DNA from: Planctomycetota bacterium
GTDB taxonomy: Bacteria; Planctomycetota; SZUA-567; H5-PLA8
Reading direction: 5' to 3'
DNA length: 64,000 nt
Assembly (NCBI GenBank): GCA_038227875.1
Contig: JBBRPR010000028.1
Span: 32,001-96,000 of the forward strand
Made by a program: the position numbers and the translations under genes. Shown piece by piece: positions 37,274 to 46,914 of the stretch; the first letter of the stretch is position 1, and the number at the start of each line of letters is the position of its first letter. Under the pieces are notes generated by a model. It was not told the DNA's origin. It was given only the letters and a program-made list of their open reading frames with translations, and ran no database searches.

Positions 37274-37456
37274 ATGAATCCGGGACTCTGCGCCACCTGC
37301 CGCCACGTCAAGCGACTCGAGTCGCCGCGCTCGGTCTTCTATATGTGCCTGCGCGCGGAGACCGATCCGAAGTACCGGCGCTATCCTCCGCTGCCGGTGT
37401 TGAAATGTGACGGGTATGAGGCGGCGAAAGACACTCCAACCAAATCGTCAAGCTGA
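37274..37456 (+). CDS. Small Cys-rich protein, possibly leaderless
   Basis: CATC...C...YPPLPVLKC. TTGCAA-N16-CAGAAT ends 6 nt before the ATG. Confidence 0.6.
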   Translation: MNPGLCATCRHVKRLESPRSVFYMCLRAETDPKYRRYPPLPVLKCDGYEAAKDTPTKSSS

Positions 37457-37458
37457 CG

Positions 37459-38208
37459 CTAAACCTGCGCCCCGCTCTCATCATCCGTCGGTTTCACATC
37501 GGCGCCGCAGGAAACGCAGAACGTGCGCCAGTAATCTTTTCCCGTCCCCAGTTGCAGTCCTTTAAGCGTCAGCGGACAGTACGGCATCCCGCAATGAACG
37601 CAGAAAGCGCGCGGACCCTCAGGCCTGCCGAGATTCTGTGCGCGTTCCGCCGTTTGCAGCACCTGCCAGTTCTCTTCCGAGATGCCGAAGACTTCGTGCG
37701 GCCGCTGCTTGGGCAGCAGCGCTTCCATGATCGAGTACACATAACGCCCGCCAGTGGCCGGAATCGCGACGAAGGATTCGGCATGCGCCCAGCAGCCGTA
37801 CTGAATGGCCACGGTGTAATCGTCGCGATCTTCTTCGCCCAGGCGATAGTCTGTAAAATTCACAGATCCCGCCATCATGCTCGCCATCAGCGGACTGACG
37901 TTTCCGGACATCACGGCCGTGGCGGCGCCGAGAACGTCCAGCATCATACGGCTGGCGTTGGGGCTTTTCTCGAAGACGCGCTGCCAGACGGCCGCGCGAT
38001 CGCACTGGGGTGACGAGCACCCGCGGATTCGACCGGTGTCGTCGCGCAGAATTTCCGAGAGGCGGCGCTGGCGGAATTCCGCGATCGATTCGGGCGTGAA
38101 GCGGCCGGAGTCAACAAGTTGCTTGACGGCCGCGTCGCTCATGGCGGTGCTCAGCGTCGCGCCGTCTGATCCAATTCCGCAGGCGGTATCGAGCAGCAGA
38201 TCATCCAT
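37459..38208 (-). CDS. Hypothetical protein with Zn-finger-like Cys/His motifs
   Basis: CSSPQC, CWAH, CVHC...C and CVSC. Directly downstream of hisN on the same strand. Confidence 0.6.
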   Translation of the reverse strand: MDDLLLDTACGIGSDGATLSTAMSDAAVKQLVDSGRFTPESIAEFRQRRLSEILRDDTGRIRGCSSPQCDRAAVWQRVFEKSPNASRMMLDVLGAATAVMSGNVSPLMASMMAGSVNFTDYRLGEEDRDDYTVAIQYGCWAHAESFVAIPATGGRYVYSIMEALLPKQRPHEVFGISEENWQVLQTAERAQNLGRPEGPRAFCVHCGMPYCPLTLKGLQLGTGKDYWRTFCVSCGADVKPTDDESGAQV

Positions 38209-38241
38209 GGAAGGTCTCCGCTCGATTGCTGCCGGGACGCG

Positions 38242-39021
38242 TTATCTCCGCTTCTCGTTCTTGGTGATCGCGATGACCTGGGCGTGGAGCGCGGCGTTGC
38301 TGGCGACGGCGTCCTTGCCCCAGATCGTCGGGGTGCCGTCCCAGGTCGTGAAGTGGCCGCCGGCTTCTTCGAAAATCGGGCCGAAGGGCGCGCAGTCCCA
38401 CGGGTTCATTTCCGGGTCGATCATCACGTCGGCGCGGCCGGTGGCGACGAGGACATAGCCGTAGCAATCACCCCAGGTTCGCTGCAGTTTCGTGCGCGCG
38501 ACGAGTTTCTCCCACGCATCCGAACGCGCGTTGGCGTGCGTGATCGAGGTGGAGAGCAGCGCGGCGTCTTCGAGTTTCGAAACCGTTGAGACGTGTGCGC
38601 GGCGACCGTTCCAGTAGCAGCCGTGGCCGAGAGCAGCGGTGACCATTTCGTCGAACGCGGGCAAATAACAAACGCCGACGGACGGCTTGCCGCGCACTTC
38701 GACGCCGATCAGCACGCCGTAAAACGGCACGCCGCAGATGAACGTCTTGGTGCCGTCGATGGGATCGATGATCCAGCGGTAGTCGTTGTCGCCGGCCTTC
38801 GCGCCGCCTTCTTCGCCGAGGATGCCGTGCGTCGGGTAGGTCTTCAAAATCCGCGCGCGGATGATCTCCTCCGATTCGCGGTCGGCGCGCGTCACCGGGG
38901 TGTTGTCGGCCTTGGTTTCGACGGCCACGCCGGCGTTGAAGTAAGCCAGCGTCCGGCGGCCTCCGAGGTACGCGGCTTCAGTGGCGACGGCGAGAAGATC
39001 CTGCAGCGACGGTTCAGCCAT
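38242..39021 (-). CDS. hisN: Histidinol-phosphatase, inositol monophosphatase family
   Basis: PVTRADRESE, GEE, WIIDPIDGTKTF, WGDCYGY, WDCAP and EEAGG. Confidence 0.85.
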   Translation of the reverse strand: MAEPSLQDLLAVATEAAYLGGRRTLAYFNAGVAVETKADNTPVTRADRESEEIIRARILKTYPTHGILGEEGGAKAGDNDYRWIIDPIDGTKTFICGVPFYGVLIGVEVRGKPSVGVCYLPAFDEMVTAALGHGCYWNGRRAHVSTVSKLEDAALLSTSITHANARSDAWEKLVARTKLQRTWGDCYGYVLVATGRADVMIDPEMNPWDCAPFGPIFEEAGGHFTTWDGTPTIWGKDAVASNAALHAQVIAITKNEKRR

Positions 39022-39079
39022 GATTTTTTGAGTCAACTCCTGATTGTTTTGAGACGGCCAGTGTCAAACGCACCGGGTG

Positions 39080-39234
39080 GTGTCAAGGAGCAAGCGGCCG
39101 TATGCTTGCTCCTTGCTGTTATGCTTGCGATTCACGCGCAAGCGGCTTGTAGAACGATTCCGGGTGCGCGCGTTCAATTCTTGATGGGGCGCGTTGAGCA
39201 AGGAGCAAGCATACTGCCGCTTGCTCCTTGACAC
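39080..39234. repeat. TGTC-tagged REP-like inverted doublet, family 2, second copy
   Basis: GTGTCAAGGAGCAAGCGGCCGTATGCTTGCTCCTTGCT ... AGCAAGGAGCAAGCATACTGCCGCTTGCTCCTTGACAC. Confidence 0.85.
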
Positions 39235-39247
39235 ACTGATCCACCGC

Positions 39248-40123
39248 CTACTTCCGCGCTGGACCGTGACCCCTGGCCCCCGCCCCCTGGGCGGCAGGTG
39301 CGGCGTGGCGGACCTGCGAAAACGCGGCTTCCCAGATGCGGTGAAAATCGCGGCGGCGTGTCATGCAGCCGCGGTTGGGATCGGTGACAGGATAGACCTG
39401 GCCCACGCGCAGCGCTTCGAAGAGAACCTTGCGGCCGTCGGCGAGTTCCGGCTTTACTTTCAGCGCAAATTGCAATTCGGCCTCGGTGATGCCCACCAGC
39501 AGCGCGACTTTGACCGCGTCCTGCAACTGATCGGCGATGAGCTGATCGGGCGGGCAGATCAGCCAATGGGGCAGGGCGGCGATGCCGGGGTTCGGCGCTT
39601 TTTCGTCGCCTGCGGCGAGCACCGAGCCGTGGGTCAGCGGCGCGCCGGTTTCAATGGCGTAGCGCGCGGCGTGGGAGAGCAGCTTCACCGGCATCTTCGC
39701 GTCGCGCGCTCGCCAGTGGACGAGCAGTTCCGTGTGGCCGCCTTTGCCGTGCTCGGATAGTCCGTGCGTCACCGAGACCCAGGTCATGCGGTCGGTGCGC
39801 GGCGAAAATTGGAGCACGCAGACGCCGTCATCGGCGGCGGCGGTGAGCGTCGGGCAGGTTTTTTCCTGGGCGTTGAGCGCCAGCTTGCCCAGCACCGCGC
39901 CGAAGATCTCGACGAACTTCTTTTCGCGCGCGGCGCCGTGGCTGGAGAGTTTCGCCGGCGCCTTTTTCGTCGCCGTCGCGGACTTCTTGCCCGGGGATTT
40001 GGCCGCGGACGAAGACGACGCGGCCGCCGAAACCTTGCCCTTCTTCACCGGTTTCGCGTGCTTGGCTGCCGGCTTGGCCGCCGGTTTGTTGCGCGTGCGG
40101 GAGCTCTTGGTCATCGTCGCCAT
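39248..40123 (-). CDS. Suppressor-of-fused (SUFU)-like protein with a Lys/Ala-rich N-terminal tail
   Basis: WVSVTHGLS...TELLV, LLVGITEAELQFA and VTDPNR, with a histone-like N-terminus. Confidence 0.65.
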   Translation of the reverse strand: MATMTKSSRTRNKPAAKPAAKHAKPVKKGKVSAAASSSSAAKSPGKKSATATKKAPAKLSSHGAAREKKFVEIFGAVLGKLALNAQEKTCPTLTAAADDGVCVLQFSPRTDRMTWVSVTHGLSEHGKGGHTELLVHWRARDAKMPVKLLSHAARYAIETGAPLTHGSVLAAGDEKAPNPGIAALPHWLICPPDQLIADQLQDAVKVALLVGITEAELQFALKVKPELADGRKVLFEALRVGQVYPVTDPNRGCMTRRRDFHRIWEAAFSQVRHAAPAAQGAGARGHGPARK

Positions 40124-40124
40124 C

Positions 40125-41840
40125 TTATGCCTCGCCATTCTCCACGCTGTCGGCAGCCAACTCTTCTTCGGTGGCCAGTCCGTAGCGGGTCATTTTCCGG
40201 TGCAACGTTGAGCGATGGACGCCCAACCGCCGCGCGGCATCGGAGATGTTGCCTCCTGTAATCGACAGCGTGCGCAGGATGATGCGCTTTTCTTCCTGGT
40301 CCAGCGTCATGATTTCGCCGTCCTGCGGCGCACGGATCAACGCGGGGTCGATGTTCGAATACGACGTAATCACTGGCGCGCCAGGAGCTCCGGCCACGCC
40401 AGGTTGTCCCGCGACCGGCGGTGCCGCGGGTGCAGGCACCCCGGGAAGCGGCTGGGCTTGAGCGGCGCCCGCCGTTTGAGGATTGGGCGGCGCAGAGGGC
40501 ACGGGAATCGACGATGCCGACGGATTGCGTCCCGATACCGGCACGGCTCCCGCCGGCGGCGCCATCATCGCGCGGAATTGTTCACTGGTGTACGTCTCAG
40601 TCAGCTTCGGTGCGGGCACCGCCTGCGGTCCGAGCGTGAATTTCAAGATGTCCGGCGGCAGACTGTTGGGCGTGATGAACAGGCTATCTTCGAAAACCAC
40701 CGCGCGTTCCACGGCGTTGCGCAGTTCGCGCACGTTGCCAGGCCACGGGTATTTCATCAGCACATCCAGCGCGGCCTGAGCAAAACCCTTTGCGCGGGTG
40801 TGGCCTTCCTTGCGGGCTTCGTCCAGGAAGTGCAGCGCCAGCGGCCCGACGTCTTCGGGGCGTTCGCGGAGCGTGGGCAGTTCCAGCACCAGGATGGCGA
40901 GGCGGTAATACAGGTCGATGCGGAACATGCTCGTCTTGATGTTCTGCTGAATGTTCTGATTGGTCGCCGAGATCACGCGGGCGTTGACCTTGATCGTGCG
41001 GTCGCCGCCGACGCGCCGGATCTCGCGGTTTTCCAGCGCGCGGAGCAGACGCACCTGCATGTCCGGCCGCATTTCGCCGATTTCGTCGAGGAACAGCGTG
41101 CCGCCATGCGCCTGTTCAAAGCAGCCCGCGCGCCGCCCGATGGCTCCGGTGAACGCACCTTTTTCGTGGCCGAAAAGTTCGCTTTCGAGCAGGCTTTCGG
41201 GAATCGCGCCGCAGTTGATCGCCACAAACGGTCCGCTCTTGCGGCCCGAATTGAAATGCATCGCGCGCGCGAGCACTTCCTTGCCCGTACCGCTTTCGCC
41301 CAGGACCAGCACATCGGAGTCGCTGACGCTGGCGCGCCGTGCCTGGTCGAGCACCGCCTTCATCTGCGGCGAGTGGGCGATGATCTGGTCGAAGCCGTGA
41401 ACCTTGACCAGCGCGCCTTCCAACTGCTGCACGCGCGCCTTCAGTTCGCGGAACTGCAAGGCGTTGCGCAGAATAGCCTGGAGACGGTCGAAGTCGAAGG
41501 GCTTGGTGAGAAAATCGTACGCGCCGCGCTTCATGCAGTCGACGGCCATCTCGACGCTGCCGGCAGCGGTCATCATGACGATGGGCAATTCTTTGTGGAG
41601 CGGATGAACTTCGCCCAGCAGCGCGCAGCCGTCGATGCCGGGGAGCATGATGTCCATGAGCACCACGTCGGGATCGATTTCCGCGAGCTTGGCCAGCGCT
41701 TCTTCGCCCGTGCGAATGATGAACGGCTCAAAGCCCTCGCGCTTCAATTGATAGCGGAGCAGCTCGCCGAAGCTGTTGTCGTCCTCCACCACCATGACGC
41801 GGCGGACGGCGGGGACTTCAGTGTGTTGCGCATCGCTCAT
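40125..41840 (-). CDS. Sigma54-dependent response regulator (NtrC/AtoC family)
   Basis: REC domain (EDD, DIMLP, KP), [28 protein letters not shown] and a Fis-type HTH. Confidence 0.95.
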   Translation of the reverse strand: MSDAQHTEVPAVRRVMVVEDDNSFGELLRYQLKREGFEPFIIRTGEEALAKLAEIDPDVVLMDIMLPGIDGCALLGEVHPLHKELPIVMMTAAGSVEMAVDCMKRGAYDFLTKPFDFDRLQAILRNALQFRELKARVQQLEGALVKVHGFDQIIAHSPQMKAVLDQARRASVSDSDVLVLGESGTGKEVLARAMHFNSGRKSGPFVAINCGAIPESLLESELFGHEKGAFTGAIGRRAGCFEQAHGGTLFLDEIGEMRPDMQVRLLRALENREIRRVGGDRTIKVNARVISATNQNIQQNIKTSMFRIDLYYRLAILVLELPTLRERPEDVGPLALHFLDEARKEGHTRAKGFAQAALDVLMKYPWPGNVRELRNAVERAVVFEDSLFITPNSLPPDILKFTLGPQAVPAPKLTETYTSEQFRAMMAPPAGAVPVSGRNPSASSIPVPSAPPNPQTAGAAQAQPLPGVPAPAAPPVAGQPGVAGAPGAPVITSYSNIDPALIRAPQDGEIMTLDQEEKRIILRTLSITGGNISDAARRLGVHRSTLHRKMTRYGLATEEELAADSVENGEA

Positions 41841-41867
41841 AGACTTAAGACTCGCGAAGGGCCCGTA

Positions 41868-42986
41868 TTATAGACTCATTCCGTAACTGTTGTCTACGCC
41901 GGACTTAAGCTCTGATGAGAATTCGTGGTCGCGGGGGAAGAAAGTCTCCACCACGTGCACGAAATCGGCCGTCGTCACACAACGACTGGCGTGAGCCCGG
42001 AAGTCGCGCGCGCCTCTGCGCCCCTGGGCGTAGCAGCACGAGTACTTGCGCATCAGCAGGTTGCCCCGCTCTTCGCCAAACCGTTCGACGACCTTGGTCT
42101 GGTGGCGTAACAACAAGTCCCGCTGCTCAGCGAGAGTGGGATCGGGCATCGGCGTTTCGCCCTTCAAGGCCGCCGCAACCTGCTTGAACAGCCACGGCTT
42201 GCCCAATCCGGCGCGCGCGATCATTACGCCGTCGACGCCGTACTTCACGAACGCATTCACCGCCTGGGCCGGAGAGGAAATGTCGCCGTTTCCGATCAGC
42301 GGGATGCGCTTCAATACGTTCTTGATCGCGGCGATGCGCTCCCAGTCGGCATGGCCGTGGAAGAAATCCTCGGCGACGCGACCATGGCAGGTCATCGCGG
42401 CGGCGCCGGCATCCTCGATGGCGCGCGCGACTTCCAGGGCCGTAATGCAGCTATGCGTGCAACCCAGGCGGATCTTGGCCGTCACCGGCACCGGTTCGCA
42501 GGCTTTGACGACGCGGGAAACAATCATGTTCACGCGGCTGGGGTCTTTGAGCAGGTAGCTGCCGCTCTGTGCTTTCTCGGAAACTTTGCGCACCGGGCAG
42601 CCGAAGTTCAAATCGACCACGGAAACTTTGTAATCGAACGCCAGCCGCTTGCCGACTTCCGCCAGCGTATCGGGATCGTTATCCCACATCTGAACGGCCA
42701 GCGGCCGCGGTTCGTCGCGCACGCCCCAGAGCCGTTCGACGGTGCCTTTCAGTCCGCCCACCAGATGTACAAAGCCTTCGGCCGAAATCATTTCCGTGGC
42801 CTGTAGACCCGCGCCGCCGAATTCGCGGACGATCTGCCGGTAGACGTAATTGGTGAACCCCGCCATCGGCGCCTGGAGCACCGGCGGATCAACGACCAAC
42901 GGACCGATCTTGAGCGGCTTGGCGACGATGGATGTCGTGGGCAGCTCGTGGGTCGCATGATCGCTGGTGGGGATCGTGAAATTCAT
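41868..42986 (-). CDS. dusB: tRNA-dihydrouridine synthase
   Basis: QAPMAG, DLNFGCP, VTAKIRLG, HGR, IGNGDI and GVMIAR. Start uncertain (MNFTIP at 42986). Confidence 0.9.
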   Translation of the reverse strand: MNFTIPTSDHATHELPTTSIVAKPLKIGPLVVDPPVLQAPMAGFTNYVYRQIVREFGGAGLQATEMISAEGFVHLVGGLKGTVERLWGVRDEPRPLAVQMWDNDPDTLAEVGKRLAFDYKVSVVDLNFGCPVRKVSEKAQSGSYLLKDPSRVNMIVSRVVKACEPVPVTAKIRLGCTHSCITALEVARAIEDAGAAAMTCHGRVAEDFFHGHADWERIAAIKNVLKRIPLIGNGDISSPAQAVNAFVKYGVDGVMIARAGLGKPWLFKQVAAALKGETPMPDPTLAEQRDLLLRHQTKVVERFGEERGNLLMRKYSCCYAQGRRGARDFRAHASRCVTTADFVHVVETFFPRDHEFSSELKSGVDNSYGMSL

Positions 42987-43133
42987 GACTCGGAGTATAT
43001 CGGCAATTTCTTCAATAGCGACGGAGGAATCGTAGACAGAATCCTGCTGCTCCGCGCGACATATTTCTGCTGTTTTCCGGTAAAGGTCAACGGGTTGATT
43101 CGGAATATACGTTGTACGAACAGGGAGGCCAGG

Positions 43134-45005
43134 ATGAGCGACGCGGTGAAGCACGACGGACAACTCTTGGAGCAGTTTGCCTTATCTGGCGCGGAAGAGC
43201 CTTTCGCCGAGCTGGTACGTCGCCACGAGTCATTGGTCTTTGGCGCTTGCTACCGCGTGTTGGGACAGACGCACGACGCTGAAGATGCGGCTCAGGCCGT
43301 GTTCCTGACGCTGGCCCATCGCGCGAATGCACTGAGAGGTTACCGCTCCGTGGCCGGTTGGCTTCACACCGTGGCGTGGAACATTTCGCTGCGTGCGCGG
43401 GATGCGTCACGGGCTCGCCGCAACCGGGAACTGGAGGCAGGAAACATGGCGATGACGTCACGCGAAGAAGCACCGGGCCGTCCCGGCAACGAGGAGTGGG
43501 CGCAAGTGGGCCCGCTGCTCGATGCTGAACTGGCGTCGTTGCCTGAAAAGTACCGCATCCCTCTCATTCTTCACCACGTTCAAGGCCACACGCAGCAGCA
43601 GATCGCGCAGCTGCTGGGTTGCACCGCCGGCGCGCTTTCCCGGCGGATGAGCCGCGCGGAAGAACTGCTCCGCGGACGGCTTTTGCGCCGCGGCATAGTG
43701 TTTTCGCCAGCCGTTTTGTTCCTGCTGATTTCAACGCACGCGCCCGCGTCGGCGCCTGCACATTTGATGGCATCGGTGGTACACGCAGCGCCTTTGATCT
43801 GGGCGGGGCATGCCGCGACGCCTCATCATTTTACGGCCCGGGCAAGGGCCTTATCCGAAGGAGCACTGAGAACCATGTACATCGCAAAATTGAAGATCGC
43901 GGCCGGAGTATTTGTTGCCGCCGGAATCCTGGGAGCGGCGGCGATCGCCATGTATCCGGCGTCGGCCGCGGAAGGGCCGGCCGTCCCTGTCGCTGCGCCG
44001 CTGGTCGCACGAACCGCTGTTCCGGTTTCTCCTGCCAAACGTGATCTGAAAGATTCAAATCCCGTCGCGCCCGTTTTGCACGCTGCGCCTGCCGCACCTG
44101 TCGATCCGGAGATCGCGACGTGGATTCAGCAGTTGGCACATCAGGACGCGGAAGTCCGCCTGGCGGCGATGGAACACCTCCGCAAGTCTGGTGAGAAAGC
44201 CCGGACCGCACTCGAAGCTGCCGCCGCGAATGGACCCGACGACATCAAGAATCGGGCGGCGGTGTTATGTGGCGTCTTGAAAACCGCGCCGCTGGTTCAG
44301 ACGATCGCGGCGCAATCGCAACAACTGAAGAGTTATCAGGCTGACCTGGATTTCAATTGGATCATGGGCGGCGTTCCGGTTGCCTTGAAAGGGCGAGTCA
44401 AAGCTCTCCCGGAGAAGCGCTTCTTTGTGACGGATCTGGCCATGACGTGGGGGATGAACATCACCAGCCATTCCGTCTGCGATGGCAAAGCGGTCTGGGC
44501 GGAGTCCACGGTTCCAGGACCCGGCATGGCAACCCGCAAGCCGGTGCTCAAGACACTGCTGGACGATGCTGACGCCGATGCCAACCCGGCCAATTTTATG
44601 AGCTACGCCGGCAAAATCGATTTCACCGCCACGAAGGATGACGTGCTCGGCAACGTCGCGGTCCGCGTCTTGGACGGAGTCTTGCGGGACGACTATCGCA
44701 GTAAACAGCCCAAGGTGCTGGGACCGATTGGCGCGATTATGTCGGATCAGTACACCTCCGCCGCCCGCTGTACGTTGTGGGTGGGCAAGGATGACGGCCT
44801 GCCGCGAAAGCTGGAGATGAAAGACGAGCAGAACAACACGATTGTGACCAACACATTCACCGGCATCGTCTTTGGAATAAAATTGGACGACGCGCAGTTT
44901 GTTTACTGTCCCCCGCCCAACACTGTGGTGACGGACCTCGACGCCGTCGAGCCGGCGGAGAAGCCGGCCGACAGCGGTGCCGCCAGCAAGGGCAAGGATT
45001 TCTAG
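43134..45005 (+). CDS. ECF sigma factor with C-terminal TM, HEAT and LolA/RseB-like extension
   Basis: RBS GGGAGG. DAEDAAQAVF...GWLHTVA and LPEKYRIPLILHH, TM at KLKIAAGVF, HEAT WIQQLAHQDAEVR, and LolA-like VCDGK...LWVGKDDGLPRK...FVYCPP. Confidence 0.9.
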   Translation: MSDAVKHDGQLLEQFALSGAEEPFAELVRRHESLVFGACYRVLGQTHDAEDAAQAVFLTLAHRANALRGYRSVAGWLHTVAWNISLRARDASRARRNRELEAGNMAMTSREEAPGRPGNEEWAQVGPLLDAELASLPEKYRIPLILHHVQGHTQQQIAQLLGCTAGALSRRMSRAEELLRGRLLRRGIVFSPAVLFLLISTHAPASAPAHLMASVVHAAPLIWAGHAATPHHFTARARALSEGALRTMYIAKLKIAAGVFVAAGILGAAAIAMYPASAAEGPAVPVAAPLVARTAVPVSPAKRDLKDSNPVAPVLHAAPAAPVDPEIATWIQQLAHQDAEVRLAAMEHLRKSGEKARTALEAAAANGPDDIKNRAAVLCGVLKTAPLVQTIAAQSQQLKSYQADLDFNWIMGGVPVALKGRVKALPEKRFFVTDLAMTWGMNITSHSVCDGKAVWAESTVPGPGMATRKPVLKTLLDDADADANPANFMSYAGKIDFTATKDDVLGNVAVRVLDGVLRDDYRSKQPKVLGPIGAIMSDQYTSAARCTLWVGKDDGLPRKLEMKDEQNNTIVTNTFTGIVFGIKLDDAQFVYCPPPNTVVTDLDAVEPAEKPADSGAASKGKDF

Positions 45006-45083
45006 TCGCACGCGAAGTGCACGGTCTTACGGGATTCGGAATCCACGCGCGGATTCCGAATCTCGTTTCGCTGTATGTCAATG

Positions 45084-45412
45084 CTGAACACACTGCCAGC
45101 CGTGCGATACGAGCAGCCATTCGACAGCGTGATCGTCAGCGCGACGCCGCGGTCGTGCTTTGTGATTCCGATGATTCCATTTATTTGCCTCTGGTCGGGT
45201 GGATCACTGGGCGGGATCTACGGCTCGCAGATCATGAAGGGTCAATTCAATCCCGCCATGTCGTTGTTCGGTCTGCCATTTCTGGCTGCACGGTGTTTCT
45301 CGTCGGCTACGTCTTGATGGGTATTTTCGGACGCGTGGAAATCCGCCTGCGCGGCGACGACGGAGAAGTGTTCACGGCGTTGGTCTTATTGGCCGGACGA
45401 AGCGCTTTCAAC
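45084..45412 (+). pseudogene. Degenerate internal copy of the gene at 46915..47589
   Basis: Aligns by hand to 47086..47419 with 19 substitutions and 3 small deletions (3, 1 and 1 nt), two of them frameshifting. Confidence 0.9.
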
Positions 45413-45504
45413 GCCGCCGAATTCGCGGACGATCTGCCGGTAGACGTAATTGGTGAACCCCGCGATCGGCGCCTGAGCACCGGCGGATCGATGACCAATG
45501 GACC
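45412..45504 (-). pseudogene. Degenerate dusB 5' fragment
   Basis: Aligns to 42812..42905 with 4 substitutions and a 1-nt deletion. Confidence 0.9.
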
Positions 45505-45516
45505 ACAGCTTCCGGA

Positions 45517-46791
45517 TTACTCCGTCCAAATGGCGGGTGGCGCAAGCCGTTCCCTTTGGCTGGCGCGCAGTCTAGCTTCCTGGCGCCGTTTGATAATGCG
45601 TTGACGCACAAATTCCGGCGTGAACTTCAGGCTGCTCTCCGGATCCTGATTGGCGATGTAAAAGACGAGGTAGACAACTAGGATGGTCAAGCAGATCACG
45701 GGAATGGCTTTCCATGAGCCGGGGAGCGAAAGCGTGAGGGCGACCAGTCCTGCGGTGCTCATCTGCACCAGGAACACGCCGCGCAGCGAAAATTTGCAGA
45801 AGCATACCGCCACCAGCAGCAATTGAAGGAGCGCCAGCGGTACCACTGCAATTAAGCTGCAGAAGGCGATCGGCAACGCTAATGTACTCAACGTTGCAAT
45901 CCAGCTTGCGGCATACAGCCAGCCCGGAATAGCCCACAGCGGCTGCATGGCGTTTTCCAGAGCGACGCATCCGGCATAAATCATCAGCCACCCTATCGAT
46001 CCGTACAGCACTGTTCCACTGAGGCGTCGAAGTCCCAGCACCCAGCGCCGCGAAGCCGGCGTGCCGGGCATCGGCTGTCCGGCTGGAGTTTTCGGCACGT
46101 CAACCACGGCTTCGATAAAGTCGAACAGATGCAGAACCATCAACGCCAGAGTGACGATGTCCCAGAGGACAAATGCGCCACTGAAAAGGAAAAGAAAAAC
46201 ACTTCCGGCGACTTTGTGGATGGGCCTGAATTCGTCAAGATTTCCGTAGGTCATTTGCCCGAGAAAGAACATTGTCAGCAGTATGCCGGCGGCCGCCGCA
46301 GCCCCGGCAGCGCAGCGGATCAGCATGGCCTGCGGGAGCATGACAATCAGGTTGCAGCGCGGATTGCGTACGATCGCTTTTTGAGAGATGCCAATTTCCT
46401 TGTAGCACGCCGGCGACCTATACAGGATTCCGACACACAACTGGAAGATCTGCTTCAGCAACGAAACGCAGATGAAATACAAGGGGACGCACGGCAGCCA
46501 AACCGTGAGCGGGGTAATCCACGGCGGCAAAATGTATCCGCACAACAGCGCGACCATCGTCAGGATCGTCCACAACTTGATGTATCTTGACATCGGTGAA
46601 GGCGGCGGAGCGGGACGCGTACGTAAAGGAAGTTTCACACGCTGTCGCGCGGTAGTGGCGGGCGGCAGAGGGGACTGATTGGGAACCACCAATTCCGGTT
46701 CTGTCACCGGAGCGACGGCCTGCGCTTCAGAAACCGGACCCGGTGGGGAATCGCCAGCGGGAGATGGAACATCGGACTCGATATCGGCCAC
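45517..46791 (-). CDS. Multi-pass membrane hypothetical protein
   Basis: GTG start with GGAG upstream, Pro-rich N-terminus and about 8-9 hydrophobic segments. Confidence 0.65.
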   Translation of the reverse strand: MADIESDVPSPAGDSPPGPVSEAQAVAPVTEPELVVPNQSPLPPATTARQRVKLPLRTRPAPPPSPMSRYIKLWTILTMVALLCGYILPPWITPLTVWLPCVPLYFICVSLLKQIFQLCVGILYRSPACYKEIGISQKAIVRNPRCNLIVMLPQAMLIRCAAGAAAAAGILLTMFFLGQMTYGNLDEFRPIHKVAGSVFLFLFSGAFVLWDIVTLALMVLHLFDFIEAVVDVPKTPAGQPMPGTPASRRWVLGLRRLSGTVLYGSIGWLMIYAGCVALENAMQPLWAIPGWLYAASWIATLSTLALPIAFCSLIAVVPLALLQLLLVAVCFCKFSLRGVFLVQMSTAGLVALTLSLPGSWKAIPVICLTILVVYLVFYIANQDPESSLKFTPEFVRQRIIKRRQEARLRASQRERLAPPAIWTE

Positions 46792-46914
46792 GCGCGTTCT
46801 CCAATAATGTGTTTTTAACCAACCACCCGCCGCGGTTCAGGTCACCGGCTTCTGCACGGCACGTAATGACACCTGTCTCTGGCGTGGCTGTGTGGCATAG
46901 ACTAAAACAGCCTC

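Noticed and set aside
43086..43116. GTCAAC...CGTTGTA as an ECF autoregulatory promoter
   Set aside because: The 18-nt spacing is longer than typical and I saw no second copy to support it.
45017..45604. 195-aa and 80-aa ORFs across the chimeric region
   Set aside because: They arise from frameshifted pseudogene fragments.
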